A stretch of DNA of 64,000 bases from Isurus oxyrinchus (lineage: Eukaryota), in the NCBI GenBank assembly GCA_026770705.1, contig JANJGN010000002.1, positions 236,964,001-237,028,000 on the forward strand. Reading direction: 5' to 3'. Positions 1 through 13,500 of this stretch are shown in pieces. Made by a program: the position numbers and the translations under genes. Each line of letters starts with the position of its first letter. The stretch's first letter is position 1. The notes beneath the pieces were generated by a model, which was given only the letters and a program-made list of their open reading frames with translations, did not search any database and was not told the DNA's origin.

Positions 1-7
1 GTTGCGT
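1..7 (-). CDS. Start of paralog B exon 2 (continues beyond the window edge)
   Basis: TTTCAAATTTCAG| acceptor at 8-20 aligns with the gene A exon-2 acceptor at 47150-47160. Confidence 0.55.
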
Positions 8-1419
8 CTGAAATTTGAAAAGCGATTATATCAATTCTAACAAATGTAAAGTGTTTGGTTACTGGCATTAAATAATTCAACAAGAAAACTTCAACCTCAA
101 AATAAAAACTTTGTTAATTTCTATGCGATCAACTGAAGCCCTTCATTCATAAGATATCCGTATAGGGAATAGTCACTGAATTATGGAATGTTGCAACAGG
201 GAAGGAGTGCATTTGGATGATCGGGTCTGCGTTAGATCTTTTGAAGAGTAAAGCCATTAGCTCCACTCCCCAGCAGATGTCATAACCTCCCACGATGATA
301 TCAGTGAGACTCAGGAGGAAGAGTTTAAATGACTGAATATTTTCGGTAACAACCTACTCTTTGGATCTTCACCAGTCAATTGAATTGCATTCTGAGTACC
401 TGGAGCCCATAGAATTTCAAGGGATTATTAGATAAAGGCGAACAGACTACATTTCCTAGGGAACATCACTCATCGCATTGAACCAACTCAGAGAAAGAGA
501 CAAACATGTAGTTTCAATATCCGTCCATGGTAATTTAATCTACTGTACGAATCAATTTGATCTGGCTCCATTTCTTAGCAATTGTGTGCATTGTGGTCAA
601 TCCACCCTGATAAATAATATTCCCACAATCATTTTATTTTATACATTCTAATTATCAAGTAAACCTCCAAGTAATCTTTCGAAATAAAACGTGATAAAAT
701 CCGATACAGTATATCTATCCGGAATCCGTGCGATAGTGTAACGAGTTGACAGCCTGTTTTACATCATTCTCAATTTGAAATTCCATCCACATCAAAATCA
801 CCCACATAAATCATCCTCATGAATTAAATTGTGACATTTATCTTATATCGTTGCCCATTCTGCACCTTCGTAAAGGAAAATAATGTCAATCGCGTGATTA
901 TATCACCGGGGCTGTGCGCTATTATACAGGTGGCATTTACCACGAACAGAACACTGTAAGATTATAGATTTGGGGTCCGTGGGATGAAGCTCACCATCTT
1001 ACAAAGATTTTCTGGTGCAGTTGTGGGGAACATTAACTCTCATGATCGGGTGTAACACTGGTATTCGTGAATCAGGGATATGTTTTTAAGGTCTTTTGAT
1101 TTTCATATTCATCCAAAAAAATGTAAAGAAAAAGAGCAGAGATCTAATCTGCTCAGATGATTCTCGATCACCCTTATTTTGCATAGCCACAAATTACAAG
1201 AACTGCCGCGTTCATCTTCATTTTTGTTTACAGTCATGTATCGATTTTTTTTCTCTCCCTCTCCCACCAACACCCATTATACCCATGATGCGGGGTCATC
1301 TCTTCCTTATTCTCTGTGTTTCCATGACCACATTGCGTTCCCACAAGTTTTATTCTTTCACACAATTCTTCATTGTCAGAGGGTCTCAGCTCTCCCATTA
1401 CAATAGTTAGTGCAGGTAT

Positions 1420-4260
1420 TAAAAAACAGAAGACATTGGAACAGGGGCAGGGAACACGGGCCATCGAGGCTGCTCCACCATTCAACACGATCACGTCTGA
1501 TCTTGGGCTTCAACTCCATTTTCCTGCCCGCCTGCTCTCCATATCCCTTAATTACGTGAGAGACCAAAAATCTCCCTATCCCAACCGTAAATGCATTCAA
1601 CTGCGGAACATCCACAACCCTCTGGGATGAAAATTCTAAAGATTCACGACCTTTTGAGTGAAGAAATTTACCCTCCTCTCAGTCGTAAATGATTAGTTCC
1701 TTACCCGGAGACTGTACCCCTGTGTTTTAGATTCGCGGAGCAGCTGAGACAGCCTATCAGCGTTCAACCTATCAACCCCCTTCAGAATTTCGTAATTTCC
1801 AATGAGATCACGTCTCAATATTCTAAACTCCAGAAAATATAAGCCGGATTTACTCAGCCTCTCATCACAGGACAACCCCTTCATCCCAGGGACCAATTTA
1901 GTGAAGCTTCACTGTACCACCTTCAGTGCAAGTATATATTTTCTTGAGTGCACAAACTGCACAAAATACTTCAGATGTGCTCTGCTAATGACCATGTACG
2001 AGTGTAGCAAGATTTCCATATTCTTATACTCCAATTCCCTTGCACGAAAGACGAGCTTTCCATCTGCTTCCTAATTCATTCTTAGGCCTGCTAAATTTGT
2101 ACGCCCTTTGTAGCAGCACATCCAAGTATCTTTGAGCATCACACAACTGTCTCCCCTTTTTAAACAATATTCTGTTCTGTTTGTTCACCATGAGCAAAGT
2201 GAATAGCTTCACATTTATTGCGTAACCTGTTAATGTTCCTTTGCTGCCGCCCTCCAGACTACCTTTCCACATAAGTTGATAAAATCATCAGTTTCTGTCT
2301 CTTCATATAAGTGATTAATATAGACCCTAAATAGCTGAGACCCCAGCGCTGATCCTCACAGCACTCCAGTATTCCCTGCGTGCCAACTTAAAAAAGCCCC
2401 TCTTATGAGTATTCTCCATTTTCAATCCCTTAAGCAATACTCTGTCCATGCTAGTTTATTACCACCAACTCCATGAGACATTATTTTGCCTATTAATATT
2501 CTGAACCACACCAGAAATGCCTTTGTGAATACACGATTACTACATCTACTGGCTCCACTTTAACTACGCAACTTATTGCATTCTCACAAAGAATCGAAGG
2601 GGTGTGCCAGGCAGGATTTCCCTTTAGTTAAACCATGCTGGCCATCTCTAATTAGATTATGTTTCTTCTAAAGGAATTGTTAAAACTCCCTTAATAGTGG
2701 ATTCCAGCATTTTTTTCAAGAACTGATGTTTGACAAACTATTCTGTCGCTCAATATTTTTTTCTCTCTCTCCTTTCTTGAAATCAGTGCAGCATTTGACA
2801 ACTTCCAAACTATTGGGGTCAATCTTAAACCTATGGAATTTTGGAACATCATAGCTAGCACAATCGATACCTCGGCAACTATTTATTTTAGAACACTATG
2901 GCGCAAGCCATCAAGTGCCGGGGATTTGTTGGATTTTGGCCCCTTCACTTTCTCTAAGATTTTACCTCTGTTTTTATTAATTTCCCTAAATTCCTCATTT
3001 GTAGTAGCCCCAGTACATTGTCTATTTTGAGGATGGAACTTCTGCCCGCGGTTGCAAAGAGAGACATAAAATATATGTTCAATGCATCCGCCATTACTTC
3101 ATTCCCTGTGATCACTTCCCCGGCCCTGGTTTCTAATGGACCAACGTTAATTTTAGCTACTCGCTTCCTTTTTAAATATTTTTTTTAAAAGCTATTATAG
3201 TCTGTTTTTACATTTGGTGCTATTACAATCTCATATTCTATTTTCTGCATTTTTATCATAATTTTGGTGCCTCTTTCCTCGTTTTCAAAACTCTCCCAAG
3301 CGTCAGACTTGCAACTTTCCTTCACCTTGTGAGTATCTTCTTTTAATCTACTACTATCCTTCACTTCCTGTTTTAGCCACGGATAAATCCTCCTTGCTGA
3401 CTTTTTGTTCTTCAGTGGAATGTATCTTGTTGAGCATTTTATTTTTAAAAAATAATTCCCCCTTTCCATTACCTCCATACATTTCAGTCTAATTGCCGAA
3501 TTAACCTGAGCCAGATCTCACGCTTAACTATGTACCTTATTCAGTTTACATTCAACATTCTTTTTTGAGATTCAAGTTTGTCACTTTTAATTTAAGAGAG
3601 AATTGAATGGTCTAATAGCCATTGTTTCCCACCTGATATTTTATAATGACACTTCTAATTAACACTGTTTCATTACACGATATTTGATCTAATAGCAATT
3701 ACACAAGCATGATGCAAGGCGATCAAAAGAGAACGAATCTTATCCCTAGTCATTTCCAGCACGTGCCACTCCAAGATACTGTCATGGAAACAATCTGCAA
3801 ACTCGCCTTCTAGAGCCATCATAGTCAATTTGATTTTCCCAATTTACTTCAGGATTAAAGTTTCCTCCAAATAATCACATTTCTTTTGTTGCACGCTCTA
3901 ATGTGTTCTTCTTTAATAACCTGTCCAACGGTATAAATAGTGGCCGGTTGCCTATAAACTGCTCACAGCCGTGTTTTTGACTCCTGTTGCAACTAATTTC
4001 AATCTGATTCTACTTCATTATCTTTGGTGACAAGATTTGTTCTCTTTTATGTCGTTCTGTCAGCATTTACTATCAGGGTCATCCCGCTTCCTTTCCATTC
4101 TGCCTGCCCTTCAAAACTTTTGTATAACCTGAAATATATATTTCCCAACATTGGTCGCCTTGCATCATGCTTCTGTAATTGCTATTAGTTCTAAACAATT
4201 TAACTTTATTTGTCCTAACTTATTTCAGATGTTTCGTACATACAGATAAAGGCAGTTAAT
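1420..4260 (-). mobile_element. Degenerate CR1 LINE (EN-RT to 3' tail)
   Basis: Fragments such as VPGMKGLSCDERLSKSGLYFLEFRILRRDLI and PWLKQEVKDS, with many stops and frameshifts. Confidence 0.85.
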
Positions 4261-6260
4261 TTCATTTATTACTTCTGTTCCCTGCAATGACCATAATATT
4301 TAATGTATTTTTTTGTTGCTAACACTCTATCCCTTCCTATTCAACTCTGGTTGCCTGTGCCCTCATCTCTTTACTGTTCCGATACTTCGACCTTTCTGTT
4401 TGGAATTCTAAGTTTCCCTTCACACGAACACCAACAACTACACCACCCCCTGCAACCCCGTCCTGATTGGCATGAAATTTCAATCTTAAATTAAATTAAA
4501 GTTTCTTTTTCACTTGATAGGTCACGGTACCCACCAAGTGACTGTAAGAATGTGAATCACCTATCTGCGGTTAATTTACTAATGGGAATTGGTAAATAAT
4601 TATTAACTGAAATTCGCCGGATTATAGAAACTCCACTCCACTGAAAGTTTTGGGTTTGTATTGGGCTCTGTGTTTACTTAAGTAGTAAATAAGGCTGAGG
4701 CATTTGCATTAATCTCCCGCCAGATGTGCAGAGTGAATTATATATATTTGCATCCTCCAGAGACTCCCAGAATCACATATGTGAGACTTCAGCCACTTGG
4801 ATTCACTCCACGTGATAAAAAGCAACTTCCCACTCCAGTAACCAAGCTGTTCCAGTACAGGTACAACACTGTCATCAACCCGGCAATGTGGTTCAAGAAT
4901 GCCCTGTACACAAAAAGCAGCGCAAATCTAAACTGACTAATTATTCTCAGACTCCTCTCAACCATCCGAAAAGTGGTTCCAGGGGTCATCAACAGTGCTA
5001 TTAAGCGTCATTTGATTGGTAGAATCCTGAGAGTGGAGACGGGGATTCCGTTTCATGCACAGCTCGCTAGGGGTCTGGAACTCTTTGCCTGAAAGTGTAG
5101 TGGAGACGGAGAACCTCAACTATTTTTTCACCTGCCTGGATATGCAACTGATGCCCAGTAATATCCAGAACTACCAATTCCTGGAAAATGGGAGTAGCTT
5201 GGATGACTCGTTCTTCAGCCGCCGCAGACATGTTAGGCAAAGCGGCCTCCTTCTGTCATATAGTTATCTACATTTTCTAAATGTCATAAATACCTGGAAT
5301 TAAGGAAAGTGTAGGGGTGTCAGAAGACAGGTGGGGAGTGACGATACGTAAATTTCTTCTTAGGAGAGGCAGCACAAAGCCGATAGGCTAAATGGCCTGT
5401 TTCTGTGTTATAAAGATTGTATGATTATAGTTCTTCAAAAAGATAGGCTGTTGCCATTGAGAAAAAGCGAACTTGCTCATGAGCTCTGTAGCAAATTGAA
5501 TTAAATAACGTACGGAATTTTCAGCCCATCCATGTTGCACCCTGTCGAATCTTATTTTCTATAGAAAGGGATCTATTATGGATCATAGACCAGATGTCGC
5601 CTATTTCGCGCTGCACCAAATGTTGAATGTACTCCCGCTTTCCTCCCTTCTTCTGATATTTATTTCTGTTACCCAATATTAAATCAAAGATCCAAATCTA
5701 AATCAAACAAACAAGGTTTGTGATTTGATTCGAACAAGACACAAAATAGTGAATTACATTATCTTAAATTATTGTTTCGAATGTAAATCCGTTGCGCCTG
5801 TCAAAGAACCTCAGTTCACATCAAACCATTATAGCTGTCCGCCAACTCATGCAGCGGAATAACGGCAGGTTGCAATTCGTGCAAGAATAAGGCATGGGTC
5901 GTCATACATTTAAAGCTGTTATTTATCTTAGCCCATCGCAGCTGACCAGTGTCTGGAAAGGTTTTCAATGAGCAATGCACAGATCAGAAAGAGACAAAGC
6001 CTCTAACTGCAGAAACACTTACTGTTACATGGGGATTGATATTGTCCCATCCATCACTTCCTTAGCAGTGTGGAGCTGATAAATTGTCAATGATCACCAT
6101 TAAGCGCATGGAAATTTGCCAAAGAGTAAACAAAAGGTAAAAGGGAGCGCAATATAACAAATGGCGAAGGATTCTATGCGACTGAGTGAACTGTGCCAAA
6201 TCACACCAAAACAATGCAAACTTTCCAGATTTCGGAAAAGCAGAATAGCGAAATACTTAC

Positions 6261-6306
6261 CCAGTAAAACTTGCAGAATCATCACGAACAACCCCAAGCG
6301 ATGCAT
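6261..6306 (-). CDS. Paralog B exon 1, signal peptide MHRLGLFVMILQVLL
   Basis: Same length (46 nt), phase and G|GTAAGTA donor as gene A exon 1; flanks alignable by eye. Confidence 0.85.
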
Positions 6307-6664
6307 TTCACGGCAACTGTACCAGAGAAACCTGTTTAGAATCTGATCAATGGATCTGCGAAGGAGCTGTACCCTAGCGCGGTGAGAAAGACGTGGCGCT
6401 CTTCAGGCAGCGGTTGAATTTAATCAGCGGAAAGGGATTATTAAATCGAGGCCTGCGACTGATTTCTGCTTTCCTTTTTCAGGACCAGAGAACTAGATTC
6501 GATATTATTACCAAATTAGGCAAAGCGACATCCAAGCCGTGAAGGCGGGAGGGGTTTTATGACCTCGAAATTGCCCGACAGGTCATCAGCATTCAGATTT
6601 AGAAAGTATTAGGGGGCTGGAATTAATAATGCTCAATTTCATTAATTCATGCAATTTCCTTCGG

Positions 6665-6672
6665 TTTATATA
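6665..6672 (-). promoter_or_regulatory. TATA-like TATATAAA upstream of paralog B
   Basis: Conserved with 53146-53153. Confidence 0.35.
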
Positions 6673-6854
6673 CAGTTCCTTAACGAACAAAAAGGCCCAG
6701 CAGCCACAGAATATGACGAAAGATCAATACAGTTGTTTCTACGCAGGGATATCCCTCTTTACCCAGCCTGTGGAATGGCGGAACGTCACGCGGAGGATCT
6801 ACATTGTGTCAAAGGCCACAGCCCTGCAAGGTCCAAAACTTAACGTGATCGTCT

Positions 6855-6922
6855 AGACAGATAGATAGCGAGATAGACAGACAGACAGGAAGACAAAAAG
6901 ACAGAAAGAGAGAGAGAGAGAC
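6855..6922. repeat. Imperfect (AGAY)n/(AG)n microsatellite
   Basis: agacagatagatag…gagagagagagagac. Confidence 0.8.
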
Positions 6923-7369
6923 AGGCAAACTCTTTTCTCGCTGACACGATTAATTTGTCTCTCCGTATGTGAACAAGAATAGCGAAAGTGATTTCAAATC
7001 ACAGAAATATTTCAGAATTTGAATTCATTTCCGTAAACGGGGATGTTAAACCCCTGCCCACCCCGGCCCCGCCGCCACCACCATCACCGATGACGCTAAA
7101 CTTACCACAGGGAAGGATTCCCACCGCAAAACGGCTAGGCCCAATTTGCATGAGGCCAGCAAGTTACAAATACGTCCGGGTTGGCACCAGGCTGTTTCAC
7201 GGGTGAAAACCGTTTGAATTTCCGTATCCATCATAGATGGCAATGGCCTTCAGATAGAACTTGGAAGTACGACGGAAACAATCTAGAGGGGCCAAGTGGG
7301 AAGTCATCCGGTGGGGATGGAGACACTGATCAGATGGGTGATGAGCATTTGGTAACAGGAGGGATTTTT

Positions 7370-7605
7370 TTTCCCCACTCGTTCATGGGATGTGGCCGTA
7401 TTCATTACCCATCTTTTGATGCTTTATCTCAGAGGGCATTTAGGAGCCAGTCACATTGCTGTTGGTCTGGAGTGACATGTTGGCTTGTAGATTTCCTTGC
7501 CAGGTGTTTTTTTTTTTTATAACAGTCAGCAATGGTTTCATGGTCATAATTTACAATTTTAATTCCAGATTTTACTTGAATTCAAATTCCACCATCTGTC
7601 ACCAT
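7370..7605 (-). mobile_element. DeuSINE/SacSINE1-like SINE remnant
   Basis: Contains gagccagtcacattgctgttggtctggagtgacatgt and ttccagattttacttgaattcaaattccacc, shared with 43090-43430. Confidence 0.6.
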
Positions 7606-7919
7606 TCTCGCCCTTTCAATAAAGCACGTCATTGCGTAATTTTTCCAACTTTCTCTGCATTTTTCCATCGCTATCCTAGTTTATTTCCAGAGACTAGATG
7701 CAGCCCTCTGGCTCTCGTTCACTGACGCGATTAAATTATGTTGCTCTACCTGCCTCTCTATGTAACTCGCTAGATTTCCCGTTGAATATGCATCTTTCCC
7801 TGCTGTCCCGCTGTTTCTTTATGTATTTGTTTCATTTACTGGTTGCTTGTCAAAGTATACATATTGTGTAAATTAAGTTTCACAGAGACATACCCAGTAA
7901 TTTGAATTATAAAAGCAAA

Positions 7920-8500
7920 GACTAATACAGTACAGAAGGAGGGAATTCGGCCCATTGTGCCGTGATGAACTTTTTTGCAGGAAAGTACAGTTTAATCCCA
8001 TTTCCCCCTAAGCATACAATTATATACCTTTGAGAATTTAACCGATTTCCATTTAAGAGAAACGGCTGAATGATCTTTCAGAGAATACATTCCGCATCAC
8101 AAGAATTCGATATTTAAAAACATGTTTTCACAATCTGTTTAGCTGATTCTTGGCCGTCACTCTGTGTTAACAGCCCTTCCGACACTGATACATTTCGTCT
8201 TTTTTTCAATTGACCCAAGCCACTCATGGTTTCGTGCACTTTAATTAAACTTTCTATGTTCGGTGGAGAGCAATGCAGATTAAATAGTGTCTCCGTATAA
8301 CTGAAGCCTTCGGTACCATTTGAGTAAGTCTCATCTGTAAACACTCCAAGGCTTTAACACCCATTTATAAACTTTTAACGCAATAATCCAATTACGCCTT
8401 AACCAGTGTCCAAAATTGCTGTAATATAAATTCCTAGCATATGTACGCTATCCCTCTAATAATAAAGCCATTGCTCGTTATTTCACTCCTCAACTTGTCC
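7920..8500 (-). mobile_element. Old CR1 3' fragment (counterpart at ~54960-55480)
   Basis: Tail acagaaggagggaattcggccc and FSYTETL…LIKVHETMSG remnants. Confidence 0.55.
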
Positions 8501-8999
8501 TGTGATGAAGATTTATACACGTATGTTCGCAAGTCTCGCTAATCTTGCGGCCCCTTTAGAATCGTACAATTTGGTTCAAATCGCTCCTCCCTATTCTTCC
8601 TTTGCCTGTGTTAAAGTTAATCTCCATGTGCCTGTATTTTTTTTGCCAGTCCATCGATACCCTCATGAAATCCGTTCCTGTCCTCCCCAGTTCTTCCTCG
8701 AGTTTAGGGCTTTGAACCACACGTTTGGGCTGTGATTTTACCGGAAAACTCGATCAAATTAAGCAAGCATGAGTTGCATTGAAAAGGTCCACGCTGAAGG
8801 CCATTTATTCTTGTCTTTAAGGTTTGTAATTTCAATATTCCAGTTAAAGGTTTGGTAAGGTAGCTGACTCAGCTGGCTGTATGACGCTTAACTGTCAATC
8901 ACGTGAAACCTGATTAGGGCTGAATAGGTGTTAATCACCATTTGAAGCTGAACTAGTGTTATTTACCTCAACTCTATTTAGGAAAAGGACTATTTGGCA

Positions 9000-9470
9000 T
9001 CACACTTCAGTGTGCCTGCATACAAGCAGAGGAGAGAGCTCATCCTGAGTGAGAGACAGCCAGAGTAGTGTGGGTATTGGCAGTTGGTGCACCATGGGAA
9101 TTCTGTGCCTAGGGGAAAAGGTGCTCTTTGAATTGTTCTTGGCTATCCAACTTCTTAAACCTTCAGAGAGCGTTCTTGCTCTGCTGCAGCAGTAGAGGCT
9201 ACAAGAGAATGACTGGCAAGTACTGGGTCAGGCCTGGTCAGTGTTTACTACTTTAATTGCTCAAAATTTAAGGTCTTTTTGTGGTTTATAGTTTGCATAT
9301 TCTATAATAACGAAGGTCAGGAAAGAAGGGCCCTCGACGAATTGATTTCAAAGGTTGAACTAAAGGGATAAGTCATGGCAGGAGAGCTCAAAGCCCACCT
9401 GCATCTCCTGGAACAGCGAGTTTCACAGCTGGAAATGCAGCTGGGGACACAGTGTGGAGCTAGGCCAGAT
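9000..9470 (+). mobile_element. CR1 5'UTR/ORF1 remnant
   Basis: atggcaggagagctcaaagcc…ctcctggaacagcgagtttcacagctggaaatgcagctg resembles the CR1 ORF1 coiled-coil. Confidence 0.5.
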
Positions 9471-9479
9471 TATTTTTCA

Positions 9480-11000
9480 GATCACTGCAGCAAGTCCTCG
9501 TACAGTTAAGTACATAAATGCTTGATTATATCTTGTCCTTCTCTGTAAGTGTTCTAAGTCTGACGATGCTAAGTTCACTGTTCCCAAAATGCACTGCCAG
9601 GGTATCATACTCCGGTGCATAATCCATTCCTCAGATCTTGATCCATTACTATTTCCTTCCTCGTTGGACTGCTAACAGACTGGACGGGATGGTTCTCCAG
9701 GACACATTTCTGAAATTCAATCTCTTCTTTACCCTTTACACTCTAACTATTGCAGTCTGAATTAAGATATTAGTGATCCCAGCCGCACACACAACCCCCA
9801 ACCCCCATTACCACTACTCTCTAGCTCTTGCACGTTTATTCTAATAGGTATAATCTTGCTCCTCTATCTCCTTTCCACTATTTGGTGCCTACATAGCTTA
9901 TTTCAGGAGGGCAATGAGCCCCCATTTTATTACTTCTAAATAATTAGACCTTATCATTGTTTTCCAAACTAAATTACCCTTCCCCTGTGATGCAATCGTT
10001 TATTTGATCGACTTAACCACCCGAACGTCCTTTTGACTTCTATATTTTATTTTCCTGAATAGGTTGTAGATATAACATTAACTTCCAGTCCTTGCTTCTT
10101 TCACACAGGCCTCTGATATAGCAACTCTATAATCGCTCAATATGGATAGTTTACTCATAGGTTACCCACGTTATTGAGCAAGTTCAGTGAATTTATTTAC
10201 TTTCACTCTAAACGTTATTATTCAGCTTTACGCTTGAATTCTTTCGAATTACTCCTACTACTGAAGCATTCGAAAAGATTGTCATTATCCTCACCCGAAC
10301 AATTGTCCCTCTCCTTTGCCCTCTCTAAAATTTAATCCTATTGCCCAGTCATCTGCTAAATTAGTTTAACGTCTTCTTGTCCAGTCAGACATGAATCACA
10401 CCTCTGCTCAGGCCTTACCAGCCAAATTAAATAGGCCCCTCCCGCTCCTGATATGGACCCAGTGCCCTGACGCCATTATACAACATTTGTGCAACAGCTT
10501 GTTAACCTGTATTATCTCATTCATTTTATGCTCCTAAGTACGTGGAACTAGACATCATTTGGAGAATGCAAACTTCGGGCTCCTGTATTTTTAATTTCCT
10601 TCATAGATCCTGAAAATGTAACTGTAAGACGTCTACCATTTCCCTCCTAGCGTCATTTTGTGTCAGATGGTTCACTTCTTCTCATTACTCTGCACCCAGC
10701 ACCCTAAGCCACAGCTTCAGAGGAAGCCTGCACTGCTTGCCTTTTCCTACAATCCCGAAGGACTACGTACCCAGATCCTTCTAACTCTCCAGAGCTGCAG
10801 GGTGAACACGTCTTGAAACATGACGGCCCCAATTTTCAAAGACTCCCCATGCACAGCAGTGACTTAATACACTCTTCAAACTCGAAACCCTCAGTTTTAG
10901 GTCGAGCAATTGGCGTCACTCCCTGAAGCTATAGTAATCCAGGCCAGCCAAGTCTCCTGAAGGTTCCACAATATACAATAATCGCAGTCAAAGTAACTCA
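9480..11000 (-). mobile_element. Highly decayed CR1 (ORF1/EN part), present before the duplication
   Basis: Collinear with 61100-62830; CR1-like endonuclease remnants. Confidence 0.5.
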
Positions 11001-11107
11001 GCTCTCAAATTATCTTGCTTAAAGTTACCTTTAAGTCTAATCATCTACTCCGACAATTAGATATATTAAAATTGTGTTTTACTCTTGATTTTTTTTTTGC
11101 AAAGCTG

Positions 11108-11140
11108 CAGCTGTGAGCCTGGAATTTCCCGTTTGTTTAT
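11108..11140. promoter_or_regulatory. Candidate enhancer core: E-box, NF-kB site (GGGAAATTCC on minus strand), forkhead-like GTTTGTTT
   Basis: The motif cluster is retained at 62939-62970 (CAGCTG, TGGAAATTCC, TGTTTGTTTA). Confidence 0.35.
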
Positions 11141-11889
11141 GAGTCGTGTTGCCGACCTTTACCCAATTAGCTGAACTGTTTGTGTAACTGTTGCCACGAG
11201 CAACTGCTTATCTGAATATCTTTGTTTGAAGGCTGACGCACAATCGAACACTGAGATCTTTCTGAAGCGATGCCTGCAGTAGCAATACAAGGTCGAGTGT
11301 GCAGACGCTGGCTGCAGAACAATGGGCTGAGGTACCGTCCAAAGTATTATCTCATGTCTAGGCTTTCAACAGCAGCGCAGCTAAAAAATAAGAACTTACT
11401 TTCTACTGAAAAAACCGTAGAGTCTAAATACAGAAGAAAAAAATTTAAAGCCATAGAAAGAATTTATTACTGTCTAATACCAGTATCAAATCATGATCCT
11501 GCATATACAAAACAGTCCATGTGTATATTGAGCCTTTCAGGTAGAAAGAAGAGCCAAAGTCTCCTCAGACCACTATCTGAAAAAAAATGACAGCGTGCGT
11601 AGTGTAGAGGCTTTGGATGGATTATTTTACATAGCTGCTATATTGGGTCTGCTGCAGGAGGTGAGGGAACCAAAAATAAGGAAAACCTATTTGGCCTCTT
11701 TTGCACCAATCTATCTGATGCAGAACGCTCTGTACATGACAGTGCTGGAAGAAGTGACCACCGCACAGTCCTTGTTGATAGTGCACATTGATGATAATTT
11801 GCATCATGCTGCTTGACACTACCACTTTGTTCAATGCCATAGATTTGGAGCAGATCTCGAACTCAAAACTGAGCACCCTTGAGGCGCTG

Positions 11890-12800
11890 TGTGTCATATG
11901 CAGCAACTGAATTGTAAAGGAACATAGGCACAGGGGTAGGGCATTAAGGTGAGCTCCAAAATTCAATAAGATCATGGCTGAACACCTTTTCCAATATCAC
12001 TTTAATGAATTATCTTCATATCCCTGATGTCATTAGTCTCCAGAATTCTCTTGATTTCTCTCTTGAACGTGTTCAATGATCGAGCTTCCACGAGCCGTGG
12101 GATAGAGAATTGCAATGATTCACTGCCCTCTAAGTAAAGAAATTCCTCCTCATCCCAGTCTTTTATGGCCTGCCCTTTATCATGAGATTCTGTCCACTGG
12201 TTTTAGACCCACCAGCCAGGGGAAACATTGTAACTACATCCACACTGCCATGCCCCGGAAAGAGTTTTGTAAATTTCAAAGAGATCATACCTCATTCTTA
12301 AAAACTCTAGGGAATACAGACCCGGTCAACTCAATGTCTCCTCATACAACAATCTTGGGACCCCAGGGATTACTCTGGGAAGCTTCCATTGTACTCCATC
12401 TATGGCAAATATATCTTTCCTTAGAGAAGGGGGCAAAACTGTACACAGTACTCCAGGAAGGGATTCATAAAAGGCTCAGTAGAACATCAGCAAGACACCT
12501 TTGCTCTTCTACTCAAATCCCTTTGCAATGAAGCCTAACATATCATTTGCACCTGTATGCTAACTTTTAGAGACTCATGAACGAGTACACCAGTTCCCTT
12601 TGAACACCTGCACTCCCAAACTCGCACGATTTAAGAAATATTCAACAAAACTTTTTTTGCTATGAAAATGAATTATGTCGCACTCATTTTCATTATGTTC
12701 CATCTACCATATTCTAAACCATTCTCTTAGCCTGTCCATGTCCTCTTGAATAATCCTTGCATTGCCCTAAAACCTTATATTCCCTCATAGTTTGTGCCAC
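11890..12800 (-). mobile_element. CR1 LINE 3' fragment
   Basis: Tail aggaacataggcacaggggtagggcatt…aagatcatggctga plus RT C-terminal remnants. Confidence 0.75.
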
Positions 12801-12859
12801 CACATGGTGTATCAACCCCACCTTGTTATTTCATGGGCCAGCATATTCCCCACTTTAAC

Positions 12860-13500
12860 ATTACCATGAAGCCGACGAATGAACTGTGGTTCAATGAAGA
12901 GTGCAGGGGGACTAGCACTAGGCATGCCTAAAATGAGCTGTCAACATAGTGAAGCTACAACACCACATAACCTACATATCTAACAGGGTAGGCAATGCGT
13001 GGTAGATCAGCCAGACAGCAGACCATTCTAGATCTAGTGATAAGCAACATGACAAGATTCATTAATGTCTTCAGCTGTTTCATCAATGATCTTCCTTTGA
13101 TCATCTGGTCAGAAGTGGGGATGTTTGCTGATGATTGCACAATGTTCAGCACTATTTGCCACACTTCAGGCACTGTAGTAGCCCATGGTCAAATGCAGCA
13201 AGACCTGGGCAACATCCAAGCTTGGACTGATAAGTGGCAAGTAACATTCACACCACACAAGTGCCAGGCAATGAGCCGTCTACAACACAATAGAATCAAA
13301 CCATCGCCTCTAGGCATTCAATGGCATGACTATCACTGGATGCCACACTATCAACATCCTGGGGTTCACCATTGACCAGAAAATGAACTGAGCTAGCCAT
13401 ATAAATATTGGAATAACCAGCATGTCAGAGGGTAGGAATCCTGAGGCGAGTAGTACACCCGCTGACTCCACAAAACCTGTCCACCATCTGCAAGGCTGCT
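12860..13500 (+). mobile_element. CR1-clade (ZfL3/CR1-4-type) LINE RT fragment
   Basis: FSCFINDLP…VGMFADDC…QQDLGNIQAWTDKWQVTF (RT FADD motif). Confidence 0.85.

Larger units (their letters stand above)
1..11400. repeat. Diverged tandem-duplication copy of ~47140-63240 (intron 1, exon 1, promoter and upstream region)
   Basis: Collinear matching blocks: 1-1200/47140-48330, 5440-5620/50925-51080, 5880-6800/52390-53280, 7600-8130/54700-55210, 9500-11000/61100-62830, 11100-11400/62935-63240. Confidence 0.9.

Noticed and set aside
1096-1410. Plus-strand ORF with a similar N-terminus to ORF 48198-48560
   Set aside because: Both start at TTG, and the similarity fades after ~30 codons. It is explained by the duplicated intron, and no protein motif is present.
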